Shown here one piece after another: positions 37,672-48,266 of a stretch of DNA of 64,000 bases. Made by a program: the position numbers and the translations under genes. The stretch covers positions 1,663,394 through 1,727,393 of the forward strand of contig ML992504.1 of assembly GCA_010093995.1 (NCBI GenBank). Direction: 5' to 3'. The DNA comes from Elsinoe ampelina. Its lineage: Eukaryota. The first letter of the stretch is position 1. Every line of letters begins with the position of its first letter. Below the pieces are notes generated by a model, which was given only the letters and a program-made list of their open reading frames with translations, searched no databases and had not been told where the DNA came from.

Positions 37672-38104
37672 ATTGATAATCTAATCAGATGCGAAATTTT
37701 TTGGGATGAGAGGGAAAAAAGAGGTCATCAACGCCACGGATGGAAAGAGCTCTGACCGCAATTGAACTCCAGGTCATCGATCATGCTGATCTTCAGCTCT
37801 GGAACATGATCCGACATTTGCTTGGGACGCAGGGCAACAACCTTTGCGCGGCGAAAAGTGCCAGGATGCGGCACACCTTGGACATGACGCTCCTCTGGGC
37901 ATCGAGGCCATTTGGTTCGTGGTAGTGGCACGGCGACGAACCCGATGGAACAAACAAGCCTCGTAGCTTCAGATCGACCATGATGAGAGCAGGGATGGCA
38001 TGCATCCGAGGAAGAAAAGACGCAAGCCGGATGTCTGGGCATGATCAGAATCATCAGATTAAAATCTGATTTCATGTGGGATTGACCTTTTATCGAATCA
38101 GATC
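37672..38104. promoter_or_regulatory. Cluster of ATCWGAT/GATAA elements resembling iron-repressor SreA (GATA) sites upstream of the siderophore transporter
   Basis: GATAATCTAATCAGAT at ~37675-37690; ATCAGATTA, ATCTGATTT and TTATCGAATCAGAT at ~38050-38103; imperfect matches to ATCWGATAA. Confidence 0.55.
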
Positions 38105-39447
38105 ATCAGCGAGGCTAGAGTGAAAGAGGCAGTCATTGGCCATCCTCGGAGCCATTGTCATGTCTCGACTCGCGAACCAAGACACTGCCAACATCAAAAG
38201 GAAAAATGTTTTCAGTCGTCAGTGGAGATTTTTGACCATCTACTGCACCTGGCAGGCTTTTTTTGCGTGCTCGACTTGAGCTGGAAACTCTTTCGAAACA
38301 GCATCTATAGGATCCGTTCCGTCAGAGCGAATGCTCCAGCGCTAGGTAATTAACTTACCCCGAGCAAAGTCTGTCTGCTTGGGCCACTTTCCTGGGTCGT
38401 TGCTAAAGCGCCTCTGACCTCATCCTACTTTGGCACTCTCACTTCTGATGAACGTCCTAGGCCGAACCGTCTGATGACTCGAGGCAGCCGATGACATCTG
38501 CAGGTCACAGCGACAGTGTCCATGGGATATGACGATGCAATGGACGATTGAGCTACAAGGCTTGGGCTCCTGCATAAGGCAGACCTATTATACCACCGAT
38601 CATCTCCGCCGACCTGGACATGCCAGTGCAGCGACAAAGGTATGGACTCTCTTGTCCTACGGCATTTTCCGACAACATACTACTATAGCATACCAGCTCC
38701 CTGATCTTGGAAGATGATCCCCGCCAATTCACTCTATGGTCCAACGAGATCCGCATGAAGCCAGGCGACTTCCTCAGTGACGGCGGCTGGAGACAAGGCA
38801 ACCCCAGGGGACCGGCCCATACACACAAAGCCCAACACAAGCATCTATGGACATTGTGTCACAACAGCCTCCGTCATGTACAGAATATCAATCTAGCCTC
38901 GCATTGCCGACACTACGTTGAGTCGGTCCAATGTGCACCTTGTTATACTTCTGGTCGTCTGCACTTGCACTTGGTCAGCAACACGTGCAACAGGAAAAAC
39001 TATACCACGTCCTCCAATGTCAAACCGCAAACGAATCTTATACATTGAACCATGTCTCAATCTTGGCTTCTGGATCACAAGCCTTTTTGCCCAGAATGAC
39101 AAGAAACGGTGACACGTTCCGCGATTGTAACGGACATTGGCAACGTCTGCGTCTGGAGAAGTCCACCATCGACTTTTCGATGAAGACGCAATGCAAAGAA
39201 AGTTTACACCATGGTAGCCGTCCAACAGAAAGTACAGAATCTGGATCTTGTATCGAAAGCCACAAATACAATCAATACAGGACGGTTGATGTCGTAAGCT
39301 TGTGTGAAGCAAACTTGATATAAAGGTCTGTTCATCTGCAAGTAAGTAGATCTATCAGCACAAGCTCAGATCAAGTCTTCTCTACACTACTCAAGCACCG
39401 AATCATCCACTTGCTTTCTTCGCAAACCGCTCTCCACAACATCCAAA

Positions 39448-40137
39448 ATGCGCTTCTCAGTTGTCCTTCCCCTGGCTCTCGCCATGACTGTCGCAGCCGC
39501 CCCAGTCGACCAAGCCAAACGTCAAGTCCATGCTCCAGGAGCGCCTGCACCCTCCGCAAAGAGCACCACCACCACAGCCCGCGCCTCGGCCACCACCTCA
39601 GCCAAGCCCGTCGCCACCACTCCTGCAGCCGCCTCGCCTCCCGCAGCCAAGAGCCCCTCCCCATCCCCATCCCCATCTCCAAAGACATCCGCAGCCTCCC
39701 GCTCCGCCCCAGCCGCCTCCCAGGCCCCCGTCCCATCCGCCGCCCCAGGCCCAGCCAACCCCTCCGCCACCTCCGCCAAGCCATCAGCAGCAGCCACCAC
39801 CTTAGCCGCCGCCCCTCCCCCCTCCGCAAAGCCCACCACAACCATCACAATCCCCCACACCACCCCCTCCGCCGCTCCGGCCTCCAGCCCTCCTTCCGCC
39901 TCATCCGGCGCCGCTCCCCCACCCAAGAGCCCCGCCGGTCCAGCCAGTGCTAAGACCACCACTACCGCAGCTCAGACTACCCCTGTGGCTCCGCCGTCCA
40001 AGGCCCCGACTACTCCAGTCTATACTACCACGACAGCGGCGGTGGCGAAGCCCACGACGTCTCACCCGGCGGCGACGGCGGCGGCGGCGTCCGCTGTGCC
40101 CGGCGCTGCTGCGCCTCCTAAGAAGGGATCGCACTAG
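39448..40137 (+). CDS. Secreted Ala/Pro/Ser/Thr-rich mucin-like protein, 229 aa
   Basis: Signal peptide MRFSVVLPLALAMTVAA, propeptide ending in KR, no Cys, low complexity; TATAAA upstream near 39319. Confidence 0.85.
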   Translation: MRFSVVLPLALAMTVAAAPVDQAKRQVHAPGAPAPSAKSTTTTARASATTSAKPVATTPAAASPPAAKSPSPSPSPSPKTSAASRSAPAASQAPVPSAAPGPANPSATSAKPSAAATTLAAAPPPSAKPTTTITIPHTTPSAAPASSPPSASSGAAPPPKSPAGPASAKTTTTAAQTTPVAPPSKAPTTPVYTTTTAAVAKPTTSHPAATAAAASAVPGAAAPPKKGSH

Positions 40138-41481
40138 ATGGCATGAGGGGAGGCGCAGAGAGAGAAGGGGATAAAGGGTAGAGGAGATGGATGGCAAGGG
40201 GATTTCGATTCTAGAGTACCACCCTTCTGGGTTTTTGAAACAGGACTTTTTTGTAGATAGGGAGATAGGGGCAGAGACGAGCAGGCAGATAAGCCCAGTA
40301 CTTCAGGCGAATGGTAGAAAGGGGCGTATTCAATCTCTCATCATCACACTCAGTCTCTCCAATGTCTGGTGTGCTTCGCGCAGGTCGACCTGTACTTGCT
40401 GCCACGGAGTCGACTTGGCTACTGACTGTGAAGTGCTCCATGTCTCGCTGCTCCTGTCGCGGAAGGCATGGTAGTGGGTCACACCACACTCTGACCATAG
40501 GTGATGACCCTACCAAGCACTCACTGTCTCCAAGGAAGAGAAAGTCAGGTGTAGTCGCCATGCAAGAGATATAAACGATCGTGTATTGCACAGAAGCAGA
40601 AGCAAGCGGAGAGAAAGGAAGAAGTGGGTAGAGAGAAACAGGTAGAAGAGTGGATGTGTATGTGAAGCAAAACCCCTACATCCCATTCCCGCCGCCATGC
40701 TGAAATCTCTACGCTCAATCGATGGACAAGTATACTCGCTACGCTTGTTTGGCTTCACTGCCTTGTACGCTGATCGCTGATCGCTATGCACGTTATACAC
40801 AACCTCCTCCCCTCTCCTCGCCCCCCCTGTTCCGAGCAAAATCCGTTTTCGTGCATCGGATACCTCTGCTCGCTCGCTTTTGCCTCCATGCTGAACCTTG
40901 CGCCGAACACTACTCCGTGGTCCGAAAAATCCTACCATTTCAAGTTGCGTGGTGAGAGAAAAGGGTATCCTGTATGATATGTTGTGGTAGTTTATATGCA
41001 TCTTCGTCTTTCTTTTCTCCTCTTACATCTGTGTTGAAGCATCTACCACATCTTCGACTGCTCGGTCATTTCTCCTTTCTGGCAAGGTCGTCAAGAGGCG
41101 GAAGATCGGAGCTGCTACTGATGAATAGACGGCGAAGAGCGGGCAGGATGCAGTGGAGGACAGAGTTGATCCAGAACGTTGAAGAATTGTCGCCATAGTC
41201 GACCAAGCATGCGAGGATAGTGAGGCCATCCGTCAGTCCAGACTTCCCCTCCTCGCCCCACTCCATCTCCTCAACATATCTTTCCACCCAACAACCTGAC
41301 CCATCGCATCCTGCCGCTCCCCCGACCCCAATCTCTTTTCCTTGCGCAACTTTCCCTTCCCCACCTCTTCCCCCTTCGCCCTTCCAGAGTCACCCGTCCC
41401 CTCCCTGCCCAACACGCGATCAGCCTTCTCCGTCCCCGTCCTCTTCAAGCCTCCTATACCTGCAAATGCCAAAGCCAGGTC

Positions 41482-44283
41482 CTACCCGACTCTGCTCCCT
41501 CTCTGACTCCCCGCCCCTGGGCCGCCGCGTACACTCCCCTCCTCTTCTTCGATGACGTCGCTAAGTCGGGTAGGGTGATGATGTCGTGTCTGCAGTGTCT
41601 CCCACCCTCCTTGACCTTGACCCTGGCCTTGTGTCTGCGCCTGAGTCTGGCCAACAGAAGTGGTGGCGGGAGGAGGCATGCGACCACCACGTCCCGCTCC
41701 GGTCGGAGGGGGACCGGTGGAGGGGAGATCTTCATACACTTCCCCGCCTTCACCGTAGGTGTAGCCGCTTCCGCTGCCACTTGCTTGTCCAGGTCGATTG
41801 GCGACTGCCGATGCCAGAGCGGATGGGGGACTCGGCGCTTCTACGCCAACGTAGTCTTGTCTTCCGTCGCTGAAGCGGCCATAGCGGGCTGCATACTCCC
41901 TCTCGCGCTCGACGTCGGCTTGCACGTCGTAGTCGTCGCTTGCTTCGCTGCCTTCGATCCCGGGTCGTCTCGGTTCGTCAGGGCCGGGGATGCGACGACC
42001 TACTGTGCCGGAACCGGACGCTGATCCTACAGTGTCTGAAGGTCGACCAGACGGTCGATAGACGAGTGGTCGGCCTTCTGCATCCCGACGGAGGATGCCC
42101 CGGTCGTCGATCTCATACTCTGTACCTTCTGTCGAAGCGACAGATGATACGTACGAAGGCTCGCTGCGCAGATCGCGGGCGGCTCTCGAGGCGGCAGAGG
42201 GTGAAGCGAGACGGTTATCGTCCTGCGGTTGCTGGAGATTCGCAGAAGTGGATACTGGTACGTTCGGGTCGTGTAGGAGGGCAGATCGAGGCGGGTGCTG
42301 GTAGAAGCGCTCCGGAGCGTCTTCGTCGGTCGGTTGAGCTGTCAAGGCAGCAGTCTGGCCGGATCGAGTAGTGCCTGTCCGTTGCTGAGAGGGATTGGAT
42401 GACAATGGTGCCGGTCGTGCCACGGGAGGTATAGCAGTTTGCACACTGCCGCTCGTCGCTGGAGTGCTGCCTTCTGCATAGGGAGGGTAGGTGACTGCCT
42501 GACCAGCCAGACTAGGCATATCTGGCTCGTGATGAAGAGGCGGCATGCTCCTGTTGTCGCTGAAAGGATCCGTGTTGGCGCTCCCCGGCCGTTGATCATC
42601 GTAGTACTCTCCATAGCTCTGTGCTGCACTCGGCGCATACCTTGCCTCGCTGGTAGAGTATCCCGTCCGTCCATCTTGGCTAGCGGTATATCGTCCATCG
42701 CGAGTGTCCGGTCTTTGACTTTGACTGCCTTGCCGACTGACACCGGCAGATTGTGAAGCATGCATGGGCACGACCTGCACACCGCCAACGACAGTCGGCA
42801 TGCCCTCCTTAAGACTCATTGTGCGGTCCCGCTCTTCTTGCTCTCTCCGACCAAGCTCTTCCCAAGCTCTCCGCGCTTCGTCCTTGCTGATGTTCAACTC
42901 TCGTCGCATCTCGCGTAGCATCTTGTCCGCTCGCTCTCTTTCGCGTTTGACTTCCTCGATGTTCTGCCGTCCTTCTTCTCGATTCTCGCGTTCTGCTTTG
43001 AGCGCCCTTTCGAGCTCCGCTATTCGTTCCCTATCTTTCTCCTGCTCATTTCGCGTTTCGAAGAACCATCGCTGGAACTTTCTCTCACTGCTGGCGCGTA
43101 ACCGTTGAAGCTCCACCACGGCATGGAAAAGGTTGGCACCAGCAGCGGACAGATCGGTAATCTGCCGCGCCATGGCGGAAGCAGATGGGACGTTGCGGGA
43201 TATGGCTTCCTGATTTGACTCGAGCTTATGAAGCCAGTAGGAAGTCAGGCCCTCCCAGTGCGATGACAGCTGCTCCCATCGTTCGAAGGCGTGCGGGAAG
43301 GAGGACACATTCGATCTTGGTTGAGTGGCATTTGCCTGGTTCTGCGACGCTGTTGGCGCGGTAGGTGCGGACGACTGCCGGAGATTCGAGGATTGTACAG
43401 GCCTTCGAGCTGGTTGTGGTGCAGCTCGTGGCTCATCCATAGCTTTGGCTGAAGCTCTAGTCCTACCCAGAGGTTGTGAATCATCTGCTGTACCTCCCGT
43501 CGAAGGCGTCGGGTATGCCTGTTGTGAAGTCCTCATCGGTGTTCGTCCAGTCGAGACGGGTTCTGGTCTTTGCCCTGACGACTGTCCTGGTTCCCCCGAG
43601 ATCGGTCGAGACCGTGATGTGCTAGTTAGGGGTGTCACTCCCGCCGCCGCGGCGATTGCTCTCCTCTCAGCCGACCGTCTCCTCTCCTCCTTCTCCCTTT
43701 CTATCTCTTGTGCTTCTGCTCTTCTCCTGGCTTCTCGCTCATTCCTGTCCTTCATTATATCCCTCGGTGTCCTGACCGTCGACGATGATGCTTGTTGAGC
43801 CACAGGCACAGGGCCTGGTCCTCTCGAAGTGCCATTTGAAGCGCGCGCGTTCCCGAGCCCGCCCAGATCGGACATCTGAGCGTTCTCCTCGATCGGATCA
43901 GATGTGAACGGCTTCGGGCCGCGCAGGGCTTGTTCGACGGCGAAGAGGACCGCAGATCCTGTACGACTGCCGACACGAACAGCTGGGTGTGCCTTGATCC
44001 TAGTCGAGCTCTTCGACCTACCTTGTCCGTACTCGACGTGCTCTTGCGCCTGACTGCCAGAGCCGAGGGACTGAGATCGTTTGTGTCTAGGCTGTCTTGA
44101 ATCGTCCAATCGCTGGGTCCGGCGGAGAGGGTGAGATGAGGTGTCGGATGAGGTCGAGGGTGGATCGTTATTACTGGCGGCGATATATTCAAAGACTACA
44201 GGCCTGCTCTGCCTTCTGGTCGAGGTCGTAAAAGTTTCGTAACGGTCGTGGGGATCGTTATGTGCAGCACGTTGGGCCGACAC
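41482..44283 (-). CDS. Large fungal protein with a central coiled-coil domain; 5' end uncertain
   Basis: 933-codon ORF with FPHAFERWEQLSSHWEGLTSYW and DLSAAGANLFHAVVELQRLRASSERKFQRWF; no in-frame ATG until MSDLGG (~43875), so an upstream exon is possible. Confidence 0.8.
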   Translation of the reverse strand: MSAQRAAHNDPHDRYETFTTSTRRQSRPVVFEYIAASNNDPPSTSSDTSSHPLRRTQRLDDSRQPRHKRSQSLGSGSQAQEHVEYGQGRSKSSTRIKAHPAVRVGSRTGSAVLFAVEQALRGPKPFTSDPIEENAQMSDLGGLGNARASNGTSRGPGPVPVAQQASSSTVRTPRDIMKDRNEREARRRAEAQEIEREKEERRRSAERRAIAAAAGVTPLTSTSRSRPISGEPGQSSGQRPEPVSTGRTPMRTSQQAYPTPSTGGTADDSQPLGRTRASAKAMDEPRAAPQPARRPVQSSNLRQSSAPTAPTASQNQANATQPRSNVSSFPHAFERWEQLSSHWEGLTSYWLHKLESNQEAISRNVPSASAMARQITDLSAAGANLFHAVVELQRLRASSERKFQRWFFETRNEQEKDRERIAELERALKAERENREEGRQNIEEVKRERERADKMLREMRRELNISKDEARRAWEELGRREQEERDRTMSLKEGMPTVVGGVQVVPMHASQSAGVSRQGSQSQRPDTRDGRYTASQDGRTGYSTSEARYAPSAAQSYGEYYDDQRPGSANTDPFSDNRSMPPLHHEPDMPSLAGQAVTYPPYAEGSTPATSGSVQTAIPPVARPAPLSSNPSQQRTGTTRSGQTAALTAQPTDEDAPERFYQHPPRSALLHDPNVPVSTSANLQQPQDDNRLASPSAASRAARDLRSEPSYVSSVASTEGTEYEIDDRGILRRDAEGRPLVYRPSGRPSDTVGSASGSGTVGRRIPGPDEPRRPGIEGSEASDDYDVQADVEREREYAARYGRFSDGRQDYVGVEAPSPPSALASAVANRPGQASGSGSGYTYGEGGEVYEDLPSTGPPPTGAGRGGRMPPPATTSVGQTQAQTQGQGQGQGGWETLQTRHHHPTRLSDVIEEEEGSVRGGPGAGSQRGSRVG

Positions 44284-45656
44284 GTTGACCGGCGTGCAAC
44301 GGAGATGGGGTCTTCCACGTTGCTGAACTCAAATTGCAATGTTGGAGGTCTGTAGAGGTATTCCCAAGCTCTTGTGAAATTCAATGGCGTAGGTGAGGTT
44401 GAGCAAACCAGGTGAAGCTCAACCCACAGGCTAGGATATGCTGTGAGAACGATTCAGCGGCGGTGGAGGATTGTCCCGGCAATTGGGAAAGCTGGAATGA
44501 GACAAGGTCAGCGACGAATCCATGTTAGCAGCAAGGTCGCGAGTATGTTTGCGCGCGCAGAATTATTCGAGGTGGCCGGGAAGCGCATGACATGGTGAAG
44601 TTATTGCGGTGGCTGGGAGCGCGAACACACGTACCTTATTCGCCCGAAGCAAATATTATGACTGTCCGCGAATGAGGCGCCGAATGAGATGCAGGATATT
44701 ATTGCTGTTACTCCCGCGACCCAGACAAATGATCAATGCGCGCTATCGACTGTGCGTTGTCAAGTTGTGAGCGAGTGAAGGTCTTGTAGTTGTCTTCGGA
44801 GACGGAGGAGGTGCAGGCGCGACGCAAGTATGCGCCGGACCTCTGTCGCAGATATTGGCCGACTTGAAATGGTCGCTGGAGAGGAGACAGATGCTAGACG
44901 GCAGCGATTGAGCGCTTACAGCTTTCATATTCGTGTAGATGGGAATTGTCCTGTCGAGTTGATCGGGCAGCTGCTCTTTGGAGAGAAACGCGCAGGCACT
45001 CTACTCTGAGACGCGACCAGGTTTCAGGATATTGGGCTATTATTACAGGTGCTCGAAGCGTCCGGGCTGGCTACAGTCGATACTGGGTAGTAGGGAGCTG
45101 CTGTCATCGGGCAGGAACATGTGCGGTGAAGGCACATGCAAGTCGATGTGAAAAATGATGGCATACATAATTGGCTTCTGCCAACGCAGCACCCGTCGTC
45201 GATGGCATCCACGGTTCTTGACCGTAGATGCCCTGGTTCCATCTCGACGGGCCTTCCGAGCTTCCGCAGGTGGCGTCTCGGTTGATGCTTTGTTCAAGAT
45301 GCACTGTTTGACAGGAAATGGAGGTCCGACTCGGAGAAATAATGAGACAATAAAATTCCAACGGTCGAGCATGTCCACATGACATAGCTCTGGTCTGCCC
45401 CTCTGTTCCTGACGAGCCTCTTGTCTGGAACACGATGGCACCAAAACCGTAGCTACAGATGGCCACCCGCCAATCAGAGGACAGAATCGACCTGTCACGA
45501 TCGGCCGGGGAAGATGCTCCCATGGCTCCACTCCAACCAGGAACGCAGAGACAGATTTCACTCTTTCAGTCAATTTCTGTTCCTGATTCATGTCTCTGTA
45601 TACAAGACTCTCTCTCTCTGGTAGTACACGAGCGTTCACTTCTCGAATCAAAGTCA

Positions 45657-46812
45657 TCACACCATCTCCTTCCCCTTCCTCTCCTGCACCACCGCCACAG
45701 TAACATTCACCTCATCCTTCTTCGTAATCCCCCCCATCCCCAACCCCGTCGGCCCATCAAACACCTCCTTCTCCCCCATCCTACTCTTCACCATACTCTT
45801 ATTCCCGCTCTTGCCCCTACTCTTCCCATCACCATACGTCCGCCCCGCACTGCTCGCCCCATAACTCGTCATCAACCTACTGAACCAATCACGAATCAAC
45901 GGCCTCAACGTCGCGAAACTCGCCGCCGCAATCGTGATCCCCGCCTCCATGGTGCTGTACCTCGCGATCAACACGCGTTGCTCGTTGAGTGTCTGCCACC
46001 CCAGGCCGATGTAGGTGATCACCCTCAGGACGGACGCGGCGGCCCCGACGGAACCGAAGCACAGCAACGCGGATGCCCAGATCTTGTTGCGTTTGCTCAT
46101 GGAGGCGCCCCAGATAAGTTGCACGCACAGGATGGCGAAGACAATGTCCACAAGCATGTTGCAGACCGACCAGGCGATGGAGATGATGTTGGTCGTGTGG
46201 AGCAGGTTGCACGTGCCTTTGCTTTCTTCAAGGAAGGTAATGCCGCAGGTCGGGGTGAAGCCGAGGTAGACCAGCCCGACTAAGGTGGAGATGCCGAGGA
46301 GGATCATGATGGTGTAGCGTTGCCAGCGGGAGGAGCGGGAGAAGAGGTTGAGCATGAACAGCGTGAAGGAGGTTTTGCAGAAGATGGTGCAGAGGACGTA
46401 GATGGCGTTGTATGCCGTGAGAGCTTGGGAGATGGGGCCAAGGGTTTCGTAGTGTGCCCGGAAGAGAGCGCGGAAGTCGCGGCCGAGGAGGAAGATGGTG
46501 GCTGTGAGGCCGGCGTAGAGGCCCTGGGAGGATTAGCTGGAGATGGTGGTTGAGGGGAGGCAGGCTTACAAAGGCAACCAGGATACACCAGTCATCGGCG
46601 CGAAAGGCTTTGAGCGTGACGGCCTTGACCCATACGCGGAGACCAACGGCGATGATGCACACAGTACCAAGTGCTACGCCCCATTGCTCATTTTGCGCGT
46701 ATTGACGGTCGAGATGGCGGAGGAGGACAACTGGATCCCATCCCTTGTGAGCCTCGGCAATGGTGAGCTCGAGCTCGCTACCGAAAGAAGAAGATACAGT
46801 CTTGTCGCTCAT
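45657..46812 (-). CDS. PTH11-like (fungal rhodopsin-domain) 7-TM integral membrane protein without CFEM (2 exons)
   Basis: LRVWVK...ADDW, CKTSFTLF, WSVCNMLVDI, ASVLR, EAGITIAAASFATLRPL; intron ~46568-46523. Confidence 0.88.
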
Positions 46813-48266
46813 GTTGATGTCCCGTGGGTAAGGGAGGAGAAGCTTGAGTGTCCGGCCCTGTGGCAAGAATGCCGAGAGCGTCCTTCTTAACGTTTATCCA
46901 TCATGCATGAACACATGGACAGGACCAGGGCATGCGATGCCAAGCTATGGGCGGTGGTGGTTCAATATCGTTGGGTCTGGGCAGCGGTCGTCTGGTACAG
47001 TATGTGTTTCCGTGTCTCGGTTGCCCCGTCTTGAATCGCCGTTGTGTTGGTACCTGGAAGCTGTATTGAAGGACGCCCATGGCTTGCGAACACAACACGG
47101 ATCGACTGGACGCCACAAGGAAGACGTGGCATGTGAAAGTACAGCATCAAACCCGTACACATCCTACCAGACTGTCATGGACTATTCAGTGCAGTTCCAT
47201 TGATTGAGGAGAGGCTCTCCAGAAGTCCATAGCACCTCCAGACCAATCCCAAGCCCGGCATCTCCCAACAAGCTCCTCAGCCCAGAGATCCCAAGCGTGC
47301 TTTGCTGTGCTTGAGCACCCGCACCAAGGTCTCGGATTCATCAAGCCCTTCGGGCGAGACGTTCCGAATTCCCATCCAACGGTCGTCCTTGCGAACGACT
47401 CGATGCCCAACGGTCGTTCGCATTGGACCAAAATGCCCAGGGCTTGGTATCTGTCTGTATTCAGACCTCACAGCCATCGGGCGTGAGCCTCAACTTGTGT
47501 AAGCAAGTGATAGAGGTGTCTTAAGGGTTTGACTTTCGCCGCATGAATGGGTAAGGTGACTTGAGCCTCATGCGGAGTTACTGGTGTCTGTCCGGTAGGC
47601 CGCGAGAGTTCTAACACAGCCGCGGGATCTGGGGTGCGAGAGTATGATTGGGATATAGAGTGCTGGAAGCCATGCAGGCTGTAGAGAGCGCCTATCTCCC
47701 ATCGTTGTCTGCTGGTTTCGACAGATTCTGGTGCTCCAGATGAGACCGTCCAAGCATTCCCTCCGGCCGTACACATCCTTTCTTCACCAACACCTCAACG
47801 GTGTCAAGCGGAATGCATCTCCCATCCTGCAAGACCGGGGCCAGAGTGCTCCCAGCAGAGACAAGAAGGAGATGGGTAAGGTCTCCTGGTTCACCTCCCC
47901 AGGCGTTTTTCAAGGTCGTTGAAACCTTCCAATTCAGCCGCCCAATCGTCCGGAATCACCACGTCAACGGTCTGCCAATCGGTCAACCGTTGAATACCTG
48001 GACCTACATTGGGCAGAGAAAGTCATTTTGTCCCATCGATATGGACTGGATGGCTGAGCTCGGAGAAGTGACGGCGACTTCCTCGGTCACGTTCCACACA
48101 GGCTGATTCCTCTCCACCGGCCCCCAAACCTAGTAGGTTGCAGACACAGTGTCGGAAGCGGGAAGCAGTATCCCAGCCTTGGTTCAAGACATTCATACAG
48201 TATTGACAACATCATCTACGTACAGCTCGCTCGCTTCTGCTTGCCCTCCTCACTCGAACCCGGACA

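Noticed and set aside
40510..40938. Possible small gene MVGFFGPRSS... on the - strand
   Set aside because: No motif or clear splice structure; the hydrophobic end derives from a CT-rich non-coding-looking tract.
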